Below are positions 37,625-46,750 of a stretch of DNA of 64,000 bases, piece after piece. Origin of the DNA: an uncultured Planctomycetota bacterium (GTDB taxonomy: Bacteria; Planctomycetota; Phycisphaerae; Tepidisphaerales; Tepidisphaeraceae); the NCBI GenBank assembly GCA_963841915.1, contig CAWJEN010000006.1, positions 640,001 to 704,000 on the forward strand, given 5' to 3'. A program made the position numbers and the translations under genes. The notes beneath the pieces are model-generated. The model saw nothing but the letters and a program-made list of their open reading frames with translations. It made no database searches and was not told the DNA's origin. The first letter of the stretch is position 1. Every line of letters begins with the position of its first letter.

Positions 37625-38602
37625 ATGACCGAGGCCACCCCGAAGATCGTGATTCTCGATGCGTACTGCAGCAATCCGGGCGACCTTTCTTGGGAACCGT
37701 TGGCGAAGCTGGGGGATCTTGAGGTCTATGACCGGTCGACGCCTGACGAAGCGATCACGCGGGCGGCCCCGGCGACGGCGATTCTGACGAACAAGGTGCC
37801 GATCGACGATAACCTGCTGGCGGCGTCGCCGAGCGTGGTCTACGCGGGCGTGCTGGCGACGGGGTTCAACGTCGTCGACCTCGATGCGTGTCGCCGGCGG
37901 GGCGTGACGGTGACCAACATCCCGGGGTACTCGACCGAATCGACCGCGCAGCACGCCTTTGCGTTGCTGTTGGAGTTGACGAACCGTGTGGGCGAACAGG
38001 CACGCACGGCAGCAGACCGGTGGCCGACGAACAAGGACTTCAGCGTGGTCGACAAGCCGCTGATGGAGCTTGACGGCAAGACGTGCGGGGTGATCGGGTT
38101 CGGAGCGATCGGCAAGGCGTTTGCACGACGGGCGGTTGCGTTCGGCATGAACGTTCTGGCCACGACGGCCAATCCCGACAAGCACCGCCAGGCGGCGGAC
38201 GAGCTTGGTGTGCGATTCTGCGCATTGCATGAGCTTCTGGCACAGAGTGATGTCGTGAGCCTGCACTGCCCGCTGACGCCGGCGACGGAGAATCTGATCG
38301 GCGAGGCGAACCTGAGGCGAATGAAGGACGGAGCGTTGCTCGTCAACACCGGCCGCGGTCAACTTGTCGATTCTGCGGCGGTGGTCAAAGCGTTGCAGAG
38401 CGGCAAGCTCGGAGGGGCGGCGGTCGACGTGCTACGGCAGGAACCGCCGCGAGACGGCGACCCGTTGCTCGGCGCAGACGGTGTGCTCGTGACGCCGCAC
38501 GTGGCATGGGCGACGACGGCGGCGAGGCGGCGGTTGATCGACATCGTGGCCGGAAACTTCAAGGCGTTCCTCGACGGCTCGCCGCGGAACGTGGTGTCGT
38601 GA
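37625..38602 (+). CDS. D-2-hydroxyacid dehydrogenase (glycerate dehydrogenase-like)
   Basis: NPGDLSW, GFGAIG, SLHCPLT, NTGRG and TPHVAW motifs. Confidence 0.92.
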   Translation: MTEATPKIVILDAYCSNPGDLSWEPLAKLGDLEVYDRSTPDEAITRAAPATAILTNKVPIDDNLLAASPSVVYAGVLATGFNVVDLDACRRRGVTVTNIPGYSTESTAQHAFALLLELTNRVGEQARTAADRWPTNKDFSVVDKPLMELDGKTCGVIGFGAIGKAFARRAVAFGMNVLATTANPDKHRQAADELGVRFCALHELLAQSDVVSLHCPLTPATENLIGEANLRRMKDGALLVNTGRGQLVDSAAVVKALQSGKLGGAAVDVLRQEPPRDGDPLLGADGVLVTPHVAWATTAARRRLIDIVAGNFKAFLDGSPRNVVS

Positions 38603-38734
38603 GTCGGCGAAGAACGTGCGTACGGCGTCGCAGTGGCCAGTACCGCATCGTGAGATTCAACGGGTTTTGCCGCAGGAAGCTTGCTTAAAAGTCAGCACGG
38701 CCGACGACCCGCCGACGCACTGGCGGGCTCAAAA

Positions 38735-38750
38735 TGTTCCACGTGGAACA
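38735..38750. promoter_or_regulatory. parS-like centromere site 1
   Basis: Perfect palindrome TGTTCCACGTGGAACA. Confidence 0.85.
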
Positions 38751-38810
38751 ATTTGAGTCGTCGGCGGCGTCAAAAATCTCCCGCCGCCGAGCGTGGCGAG
38801 GGTTGGCGAA

Positions 38811-38826
38811 TGTTCCACGTGGAACA
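38811..38826. promoter_or_regulatory. parS-like centromere site 2
   Basis: Perfect palindrome TGTTCCACGTGGAACA. Confidence 0.85.
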
Positions 38827-38910
38827 TTGCCCTGATTCGCCGCCTCCACGCCCGCCGGATGTGGCCGCCGCGGCGCAGCGCGTAGGGTGCCGGCCCCTGC
38901 GAGACCCGAT

Positions 38911-39957
38911 ATGCCAGCCGAGACCGAAAACGTGAATGTCGCCGGCTTCCAGCCGTTGCTCAGCCCGGCGTCACTGTCGGCCGAGGTGCCGTTCACCGAC
39001 GCGGCCAAGCGAACGGTCGTCACCGCCCGGCGGGACATCTCGCGCGTGCTCGCCGGTGAGGACAAGCGGTTGCTGGCGGTCGTGGGTCCGTGCAGCATTC
39101 ACGATGTCGACGCTGCCGAGGCCTTTGCTGCAAAACTGGCCGATTTGGCTGAAGAAGTGAAGGAAAAAGTGCTGGTCGTGATGCGTGTCTACTTCGAGAA
39201 GCCTCGCACGACGACGGGCTGGAAGGGGCTGATCAATGACCCGTTTCTGTACAGCGATCGCGAGTTTGATCTGGAGACCGGCTTACGTGTCGCCCGCAAG
39301 TTGCTGGCCCGCGTGGCGGAGATGGGCTTGCCCGCCGGGACCGAGTTTCTCGACCCCTTCACGCCGCAGTACCTCGACGACCTCGTCAGCTGGGCGGCCA
39401 TCGGTGCCCGGACGACGGAGAGCCAGACGCACCGCCAGATGGCCAGCGGACTCTCCATGCCGGTCGGCTTCAAAAATGCGACGACGGGTGACGTGCAGGT
39501 CGCCCTTGACGCGATGAAAGCGGCAGGCGGGTCACACCATTTCCTCGGCATCGATGACGACGGCCGGGCGAGCATCGTGACGACGCGAGGCAATCCGACG
39601 AGCCACGCCATTCTCCGCGGCGGCAATGAAAGGTCGAATTACGCTGAAAAAGACGTCAAAGACGCGGCCAAGCGTCTGGCAGATGCCGGTCTGCCGCCGC
39701 GGTTGATGGTCGACTGCTCACACGCCAACAGCTTCAAAAAGCATGAGAAGCAGGAGGTGGCGTTCAACAGCGTCATCGCTCAACGCAACGCCGGCAGTGA
39801 CGCGATCGTCGGCGTCATGATCGAGGCCAACCTGCACGAAGGCCGCCAGGATCTACCCGACGATCCCGACGGTCGTGGTGATCTTCGTTATGGCGTGAGT
39901 GTCACCGACGCGTGCGTCGCCTTCGAGGATCTGGCCCAGATGCTGCGAGCTGTCTGA
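38911..39957 (+). CDS. DAHP synthase class I (AroF/G/H type)
   Basis: GPCSIHD, RVYFEKPRTTTGWKG, IGARTTESQTHR and VDCSHANS motifs. Confidence 0.95.
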   Translation: MPAETENVNVAGFQPLLSPASLSAEVPFTDAAKRTVVTARRDISRVLAGEDKRLLAVVGPCSIHDVDAAEAFAAKLADLAEEVKEKVLVVMRVYFEKPRTTTGWKGLINDPFLYSDREFDLETGLRVARKLLARVAEMGLPAGTEFLDPFTPQYLDDLVSWAAIGARTTESQTHRQMASGLSMPVGFKNATTGDVQVALDAMKAAGGSHHFLGIDDDGRASIVTTRGNPTSHAILRGGNERSNYAEKDVKDAAKRLADAGLPPRLMVDCSHANSFKKHEKQEVAFNSVIAQRNAGSDAIVGVMIEANLHEGRQDLPDDPDGRGDLRYGVSVTDACVAFEDLAQMLRAV

Positions 39958-40009
39958 GGAGCACTGCAGAGCAAAGACTTCGGAGCTTCCGCACCGGTCG
40001 TGCCCAGGC

Positions 40010-40025
40010 TGTTCCACGTGGAACT
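40010..40025. promoter_or_regulatory. parS-like centromere site 3
   Basis: TGTTCCACGTGGAACT (15/16 match). Confidence 0.8.
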
Positions 40026-40033
40026 CTCGCCGC

Positions 40034-41878
40034 TTACGGGTGCTGTACTTTTTGCTGCATGGCGGCGAGATGGGTCGCGTCTTCGACCTCGGCAATGCTC
40101 TTGACGTGGACCTCTGCCAATGACTTGTCGTCGACTGGGGCCGGAGCTTTGCAGAGCAGGTCGGTGCCGCTCTGGGTCTTTGGAAAAGCGATGACGTCAC
40201 GAATGTTGTCGAGGCCACGCAGGAGCATGATCATCCGGTCGACGCCTAACGCGATGCCGCCATGCGGCGGGGCACCGAACTGCAGGGCGTTCAGGAGAAA
40301 TCCGAAGTTCTGCTCCTGCCGCTCTTCATCGATTCCGAGCGCGGAAAGCACCTTCTTCTGCACGTCGTAGCGGTGGATACGGATCGAACCGCCTCCAAGC
40401 TCGCTGCCGTTGACGACGATGTCGTAACCGCGGCTCATAGCGCTGAGCAGCGTCTGCTTGTCCGTGCTGCTGAGCTTGTCGACGTCTTCGTCGCTCGCCA
40501 AGGCCGTGAACGGGTGGTGGGTGTAGGTGAGCTTACCGGTCTTTTCGTCCTCTTCGAAGGCCGGGAAATCGACGACCCAGACCCACGCGAAGTCGGTCTT
40601 GGGCGCCATGGCGCGATCTTCTGCCATCTTGAGGCGAAGCTCGCCAAGGACCTTGTGCACGATGCGCGGGCGATCTGCGGCAAAGCACAGCAGGTCACCG
40701 TCGCTGGCACCGGTTCGCTCGATGACGTCCGCGGCCACAGGCTCAAGGAACTTGGCGACGCCGCTCTCGAGCTTGCCGCCGACGACCTTGGTGACCGCAA
40801 GACCTTTTGCCCCGAAGCCCTTGGCCCACTCGGCCAGCGCGTCCGTTTCCTTGCGGGTCATCGCAGCGCCGCCGGGCACGCAAAGGGCCTTGACCATGCC
40901 TGCCGTCGAGAACACCTTAAAATCGGTCTTCTGCCCCAGGTCCGTCAGGTCGAACAGCGGCATATCGAACCGCAGGTCCGGCCGGTCGCTGCCGTACTTG
41001 GTAACGGCTTCGTGATACGTCATGTGCGGAATCTCCGCCGGCACTTCGACGCCGATTGTTTCCTTCCAGACGCTCCGCACGACTGCCTCGGTCACACGCA
41101 TGACGTCTTCCTGCGTCACAAACGACATCTCCAGGTCGAGCTGCGTGAACTCTGCCTGCCGGTCGGCCCGCGGGTCTTCGTCGCGGAAGCAGCGGGCAAT
41201 CTGCATGTACTTGTCACAGCCACCGACCATCAGGATCTGTTTAAAAATCTGAGGACTTTGCGGCAACGCGTAGAAGCTGCCCGGCACCAGGCGGCTGGGC
41301 ACGAGGAAGTCGCGCGAGCCTTCGGGCGTTGCACGCGTCAGGCACGGCGTCTCGACCTCGAGGAAACCTTCTTCGTCGAGAACGCGGCGGATGACCTGCA
41401 ACGCCTTGCTCCGAACGCGCAGCGTTTCCTGCATCGTCGGACGACGCATATCGATGAAGCGGCTCTCCAGGCGACGTTCTTCGTTGACCTTCGTATCGCC
41501 GACCTGGAACGGCGGCGTCGGTGACTCGCTGTAGACGGTCAGGCTCTTGGCCATGATCTCGATGTCGCCGGTCGCAAGCTTCTCGTTCTTCTTATCTTCG
41601 TCTGCCTTGCCGGCCCGCTTGATGACCTTCCCTTCGACGCCGATGCACCATTCGGTGCGGAGCCGGCGAGCCTCTTCAAGCATGGCTTCACCGCACAGTT
41701 CGACGTCGAAGGTGATCTGCGTAATGCCTTCGCGATCTCGGAGGTCGATGAAGACGAGGTTGCCGTGGTCACGGTATTTGCCGACCCATCCGGCGAGCTT
41801 AACGCTGGTGCCGACATCGTCGACGCGGAGCTGGCCGCAGGTGTGGGAGCGGAAGGACGGCGAAAGGGCCTGGGACAT
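40034..41878 (-). CDS. aspS: aspartate-tRNA ligase (probably non-discriminating Asp/Asn)
   Basis: RSHTCG, RDHG, LPQSPQIFKQ, CFRDEDPRADRQAEFTQLD and GAPPHGGIALG motifs. Confidence 0.96.
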   Translation of the reverse strand: MSQALSPSFRSHTCGQLRVDDVGTSVKLAGWVGKYRDHGNLVFIDLRDREGITQITFDVELCGEAMLEEARRLRTEWCIGVEGKVIKRAGKADEDKKNEKLATGDIEIMAKSLTVYSESPTPPFQVGDTKVNEERRLESRFIDMRRPTMQETLRVRSKALQVIRRVLDEEGFLEVETPCLTRATPEGSRDFLVPSRLVPGSFYALPQSPQIFKQILMVGGCDKYMQIARCFRDEDPRADRQAEFTQLDLEMSFVTQEDVMRVTEAVVRSVWKETIGVEVPAEIPHMTYHEAVTKYGSDRPDLRFDMPLFDLTDLGQKTDFKVFSTAGMVKALCVPGGAAMTRKETDALAEWAKGFGAKGLAVTKVVGGKLESGVAKFLEPVAADVIERTGASDGDLLCFAADRPRIVHKVLGELRLKMAEDRAMAPKTDFAWVWVVDFPAFEEDEKTGKLTYTHHPFTALASDEDVDKLSSTDKQTLLSAMSRGYDIVVNGSELGGGSIRIHRYDVQKKVLSALGIDEERQEQNFGFLLNALQFGAPPHGGIALGVDRMIMLLRGLDNIRDVIAFPKTQSGTDLLCKAPAPVDDKSLAEVHVKSIAEVEDATHLAAMQQKVQHP

Positions 41879-42009
41879 GGGACGGGCACGATAGTCCGCC
41901 GGGCATTGCGGAACGGAAGCAGAATGTGCTTGCCGACCGAGATGCAACTGTTAACCTGCTCCCGACCGACCGCAGGCCTGACCAGCACTGCAGCATTTTC
42001 GGAGAGATC

Positions 42010-42537
42010 ATGAACATCAAGACCCTTGCCGCCACCGCGGTCCTTTCGTGCGCCTTTGCCGCCTCGTCGTTCGGCCAAACCGTGCTCTTTGACAGCGCCA
42101 GCATCACCGAGGCTGGCCAAACGTTCGTCTTCGACTTCTTTGACGTCGATGTCAGCGACGGCATGGCCGGCACGCTCGTCATTGACGCCTTGGGCGATTT
42201 CAGCGCGACGCCACCGAGCAGCGAGATCCTCGATATCGACGTCGATGGCATCTTCACCGACTTTGCGTTCGACCCGTCCCGCGGCGCCATCATCGGCTCC
42301 GATCTGTTCCAGAACGCCGCTACGCAGACCTACACGATCAGCGGCTCCGACCTATCGGCTATCACCGCTGACGGCACCGTGACGATCACGCTCGACGCCG
42401 CCAGTTCTGTCGGCTTCTTCACCGATCAGCCCGACGATTTCGTTTCGGCCACGCTGACGTACACGAGCGTGCCTGAGCCGACGACCGCTGCGGTCATCGG
42501 TCTGGGCGGAATGGCCATGCTGCGTCGCCGTCGTTGA
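42010..42537 (+). CDS. PEP-CTERM sorting-domain protein
   Basis: GGAG RBS, signal peptide, VPEPTTAAVIGLGGMAMLRRRR. Confidence 0.9.
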   Translation: MNIKTLAATAVLSCAFAASSFGQTVLFDSASITEAGQTFVFDFFDVDVSDGMAGTLVIDALGDFSATPPSSEILDIDVDGIFTDFAFDPSRGAIIGSDLFQNAATQTYTISGSDLSAITADGTVTITLDAASSVGFFTDQPDDFVSATLTYTSVPEPTTAAVIGLGGMAMLRRRR

Positions 42538-42560
42538 GAACGGTGTTCCAGAGACACACG

Positions 42561-42597
42561 AACGGGCTGCGTCGTCGGACGCAGCCCGTTTTTCTTT
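42561..42597 (+). terminator. intrinsic terminator
   Basis: AACGGGCTGCGTC-GTCG-GACGCAGCCCGTT followed by TTTCTTT. Confidence 0.85.
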
Positions 42598-42681
42598 GGG
42601 TTCAAGTTCTCCGCCAACCGGCTGATATGAACGTGTTGATGGGTTTCCGGTCCAAAGCCGCGACGACTGACGCTTTTTGAC

Positions 42682-43809
42682 TTAGTCGCTGTCGAAGCTG
42701 TCCACGCTCCACCGGTCTTTCGTGAACCACTCACGAATGACGCCCGCTGCCGGTTTGCCCTCGGGGGTGTAGCCGCGGTCGTCGGGCCCGCCGTCGCCGG
42801 GCGGCCATTCCCAGACGCTCATCCCGCCGAGCCATGGCGTCCCGTGCCACGTCTGCCAGAAGCCCTGCCACAGACGCTTCTGCAGGGCCAGATCAATCGG
42901 CACGTTCTGCGTGTAGTCCCAAGGTTCCGTCGCGGCATTTCCAAGGCTGCACCAGCCGACCTCGAGGAAGATGAGCGGCTTGCCTTGGCCTTCGACGAAC
43001 TGCTTCAGGTTCCGCTGGATCGGCTGCCAGTTACCGACAATCTCTTCCACGGTGGCCTCGGGGCCGTCGCCGAGCTTCCAGTAGCTGTTCATGCCGATCA
43101 GGTCGAGCTGCTGCCAGAACGGGATGTTCTGGTAGTGATCCCAGTTGCTGCTGTAGGTGAGCAGTCCGCCGAATCGGCCGCGGGCGAAGTCGATCGTCTT
43201 CTTCCACTGCGCGTCTTGCTTCTCGCTGCTGAGCAGTTCGCTGCCGATGACGAACACGTCCACGCCATTGCCCTCGGCAATCCACAGGAAGTGTCCGAGC
43301 ATCTCGCGATAAGAGTCGAACCATTTGTCCCATGACTGCGGATTGATCGTGCCACGCCATTCGTCGCCCTTAGGATCATCGATCAGCACGATCGGCATGA
43401 AAATGACGTCCAGTCCGGCGGCGTCGGCGTGCCGAAACAGCTCGCCGAGCTGATTGGCCGTCGGTGTGCGACGCATGTCGAGATAGATTGCGTTGCTTGT
43501 CCCATCTTCCTGGCGGGCGTCGCAGACAATCTTAACCGCCGTTGCGCCCAGGGCTGCCGCCTCGTCGATGCTCGTCTTGTACCGGTCGATCCAGTCGGTT
43601 CGCTGCACCTGCATGCCAACGGCCAGGATCGGAAGCAAAGCTGGATCGACGTCTCGTTGCTCGACGGCAGGCGCGACTGGCGTTTCAGCCTCTGTGGCGA
43701 CTTCGTAAGGGGCCGGTGGGAGCAAGCCCGATCGCCCACCATTCATCGCGCAGCCGGCAACGACTGCGTACAGGATCACGCCGACAATCGGGATCGACCA
43801 AACCTTCAT
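42682..43809 (-). CDS. GH113-like TIM-barrel glycoside hydrolase, lipoprotein
   Basis: VAGC lipobox; WRGTI, FVIGSEL, LTYSSNWD, GKPLIFLEVG and YTPEGKPA motifs. Confidence 0.8.
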   Translation of the reverse strand: MKVWSIPIVGVILYAVVAGCAMNGGRSGLLPPAPYEVATEAETPVAPAVEQRDVDPALLPILAVGMQVQRTDWIDRYKTSIDEAAALGATAVKIVCDARQEDGTSNAIYLDMRRTPTANQLGELFRHADAAGLDVIFMPIVLIDDPKGDEWRGTINPQSWDKWFDSYREMLGHFLWIAEGNGVDVFVIGSELLSSEKQDAQWKKTIDFARGRFGGLLTYSSNWDHYQNIPFWQQLDLIGMNSYWKLGDGPEATVEEIVGNWQPIQRNLKQFVEGQGKPLIFLEVGWCSLGNAATEPWDYTQNVPIDLALQKRLWQGFWQTWHGTPWLGGMSVWEWPPGDGGPDDRGYTPEGKPAAGVIREWFTKDRWSVDSFDSD

Positions 43810-43873
43810 TGCCCACTGTACGACGGGTGCTTCCGGAGCCTCGGTATGTGGGCCCGCAGCTGCTTCCTGAAGC

Positions 43874-44938
43874 TCACGCAGAACGAGCCACGACGAAGCC
43901 GCAAATCTGCTCGAGGGCATCGCGGCCGACGCCCCTGGGAAGGTGCTGCAGACAGGTCGCCGCCTCGGTCGTCAGGCGGCGGGCCTCGCCTCGAGCGTAC
44001 TCGATGGACCGGCTCGGCCGAACCAGTTGGCGAACCTGCTCTGCCCGATCGACTTCGCTGCCGGTGAGCAATCGGCGAAGCAGCGTCGCATGCTCGCTTG
44101 GGGCAGTCTTCAGGAAGTGAATCAGCGGCAGCGTGAGCTTTTGCTTCTCGGCATCGATGCCGAGCGTCTTACCGACTTCACGAACGTCACCCTCGAGGTC
44201 GAGCACGTCGTCCTGCACCTGGAACGCCATCCCCAGCAGCTCGCCGTAGCGGTAGAGTGCTTGGCTCGTCTCCTCACTCGCGCCGGAAAAGCGGGCACCG
44301 AGCTGGCAGCTTGCACCTGTGAGAGCGCCGGTCTTTCTGCGAACGATTTCGTAATATGTCGGCTCGCCTAGATCAAGATTGCCGCGATTGCTGACCTGCA
44401 GTAGCTCGCCTTCGCAAAGCCGATTCGTCGTGTCGGCAATGACGCGTGCCGCCCACTGGGCGGGCAGGCCCTGCGGGTTCTCGACGCCGCTGCAGAGGTG
44501 GTAGCTGTGGCTGATAAGGAAGTCGCCCAGCAGCACTGCCGCCTCATTGCCCTTGAGGTGATTGATCGTCGCGCCCTTGCGACGCAGTTCGGCCTCGTCG
44601 AGCACGTCGTCGTGGACGAGCGTGCTCATGTGGACCATCTCAACGACGGCTGCAAGCTTTATGCGAGCATCGTCTGTCGCAGCGTCAGGAGAAACGGCCT
44701 TGCCGGTCAGCAGAAGCAACGTCGGCCGAAGCATTTTGCCCCGGAATCGGCGGACGTGGCGGACGAGCGTGTTCACACTGGGCAGGTCGCAGTCAAGTTC
44801 TGCGTCAAAGGCTTCTTCGACCCGCTTCAAGTCACTGCCGAGAAGGTCGTGCATGAGATGCGCCATCGCCGCCGACGCATTGCCGCCTGGTGCGCGGTGC
44901 TGGGCGGTTCGATCGGTTGTGTCTACGGCGGTGGGCAT
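43874..44938 (-). CDS. polyprenyl diphosphate synthase
   Basis: GKMLRP, LVHDDVLD...RRK and AFQVQDDVLD motifs. Confidence 0.93.
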   Translation of the reverse strand: MPTAVDTTDRTAQHRAPGGNASAAMAHLMHDLLGSDLKRVEEAFDAELDCDLPSVNTLVRHVRRFRGKMLRPTLLLLTGKAVSPDAATDDARIKLAAVVEMVHMSTLVHDDVLDEAELRRKGATINHLKGNEAAVLLGDFLISHSYHLCSGVENPQGLPAQWAARVIADTTNRLCEGELLQVSNRGNLDLGEPTYYEIVRRKTGALTGASCQLGARFSGASEETSQALYRYGELLGMAFQVQDDVLDLEGDVREVGKTLGIDAEKQKLTLPLIHFLKTAPSEHATLLRRLLTGSEVDRAEQVRQLVRPSRSIEYARGEARRLTTEAATCLQHLPRGVGRDALEQICGFVVARSA

Positions 44939-45058
44939 GAGGGCTCGCTTTGGTCGATTATCGACGGCAAGTCACGCCCGAGTCGCCTTAGTTGCGACCT
45001 TTTCGTACGAAATGAAACCGACGAATCTTCGGCTCTCGCCGAAGCGTCGGTGATGCCG

Positions 45059-46597
45059 TTATTGCGGCGTCAGGATGGTGAGGGAGAAGGCTGGAAGCGT
45101 TACCGGCTTGCCGGCGTCGGTGGTCGACTCGGCGGGCGTTAGCGGGCCTTGGGTGTAGGACGCCTCCTCGCCACCGAGCTTGATGGTTGCCGTAGCCGGC
45201 GCGTCATCCGTGGTGAGGTACGAGCACATCGCGTATGTCGATGCACCTGGGAGTTGCAATTCAACGGCTGACTCACTGCGGTTGATGACGACGAGCGTTG
45301 CTCCTTTGTCACCGGCAAGGGCCGCACCGTGAAGAGCACCAGCCGAGGCGTCAGCGAATGCATTGGCGAGCTCCGGGTTGTTCTTGAAGTCGATCGCATG
45401 CATCGTCTCTGCCTGCTCTGCAATGGCTGAAAGGTGTGCAAAGACCTGGCCGGTTCCGGTCACGGTGGCCTCGGTTTCGCTCACGGGTAGGCCCATGCCC
45501 CAACCCAGCCCGACGTTGGTGATGCTGTGGTGATTGAGCACGCCGACGCCTTTAGGGTGGTGCATAGCCGTCAGCCAGAAGCCGGCCTGGTAGAGCGCGT
45601 TCCAAGGCGTGTTGGCCGTCGACTTGATGAACGCGTCGGCCGGTCCGGCGTCGTCGCCGATGCGGTAGTAGCCGATGACGTTGAACTCGGTGATCCACAT
45701 CGGCACGCCGCCGAATTGGTCGTCGAGCATCTTTACGCCGCGGTCGAGTGTGATCTGCGGGCATGTCAGGAAAGCGCGGGCGAGCGCATCTTCGCCTTCG
45801 ATACCGTCAAGCGTGCCGCTGTTCATGACGTAATGGTGCAGGATGAAGGCGTCGAACATCTCGCGGTACGGCTCGCTCGTGATGACGTCATTCCAGACCT
45901 TGAAGGCGTCGTTCTTCTCGTCGTGCATGTCATCGACAAAGATGCCGTTCTCGGAGGCGACGATGCCGATCTCAGCGTCGGGAAAGACCTTCCGGATGTG
46001 CGGCGACAGGTCGGCAACGCGCTTGACGTAGTTGATCGCCCGGTCGCGACCGCCGCCGAACTCGGCACCCCAGAAGTACGTCTCGTTGTCGAGCTCGACG
46101 AACTTCACGTCAATGCCGTTTTCCTTCAGAAAGTCGATGAAGGCGTGCTGATCCTCGGCCCGTGTGGTGAGGTTGAACAGCCACTGCACGTCGACACCTG
46201 CGGCGTCGGCAAACGAGGCATAGTTCAGCGGGCCCAGCTTTCCGTCGGGCAAGGCGGCGACGTCGCGGACAAGCGGCAACATCCAGTTGCCGTGTTCTGC
46301 CGGCCAGATGCGGGTGATCTCGTCCTCCGGGATATATTTGCCCGTTCGCCAATCCCAGAACGAGATGGACGAACCGCCGACGTATCTGGCCTGGGTTGCA
46401 CCAAGGGCGTCGATGAGGGCGATGTAGGCCGGATCGCTCGGATCCGAGTCGGCGGCGGCGTTGTTGTTGTTGATGCCGAAGATGCCCGGATTTACCGGAT
46501 GCGGTGTTCCAAGCTCAGCGACAACGGGATCGGCTGTGGCCGAACCACACGACAAGGCAGCGGCGATGGATGCCATTAGCAGGCTCTTTGCGGTCAT
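45059..46597 (-). CDS. secreted clan GH-A-like glycoside hydrolase (family unassigned)
   Basis: Signal peptide; RYVGGS, ELDNE (acid/base) and WITEFN (nucleophile); C-terminal beta-sandwich ending TLPAFSLTIL. Confidence 0.65.
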   Translation of the reverse strand: MTAKSLLMASIAAALSCGSATADPVVAELGTPHPVNPGIFGINNNNAAADSDPSDPAYIALIDALGATQARYVGGSSISFWDWRTGKYIPEDEITRIWPAEHGNWMLPLVRDVAALPDGKLGPLNYASFADAAGVDVQWLFNLTTRAEDQHAFIDFLKENGIDVKFVELDNETYFWGAEFGGGRDRAINYVKRVADLSPHIRKVFPDAEIGIVASENGIFVDDMHDEKNDAFKVWNDVITSEPYREMFDAFILHHYVMNSGTLDGIEGEDALARAFLTCPQITLDRGVKMLDDQFGGVPMWITEFNVIGYYRIGDDAGPADAFIKSTANTPWNALYQAGFWLTAMHHPKGVGVLNHHSITNVGLGWGMGLPVSETEATVTGTGQVFAHLSAIAEQAETMHAIDFKNNPELANAFADASAGALHGAALAGDKGATLVVINRSESAVELQLPGASTYAMCSYLTTDDAPATATIKLGGEEASYTQGPLTPAESTTDAGKPVTLPAFSLTILTPQ

Positions 46598-46750
46598 GGG
46601 AAGCTCCTCTGCTCCACGTCGACCGTTGCTTCCGAGGCAGGCACCCCATGGCAACGGACAGGTTCAAGCGACTGTAGTAACACAAAGGAGGGTCGTCGCC
46701 AAGTGGCTTATTCACCTGACAGCAAGCACATCGGCCGTTAGCTTGTTTTG

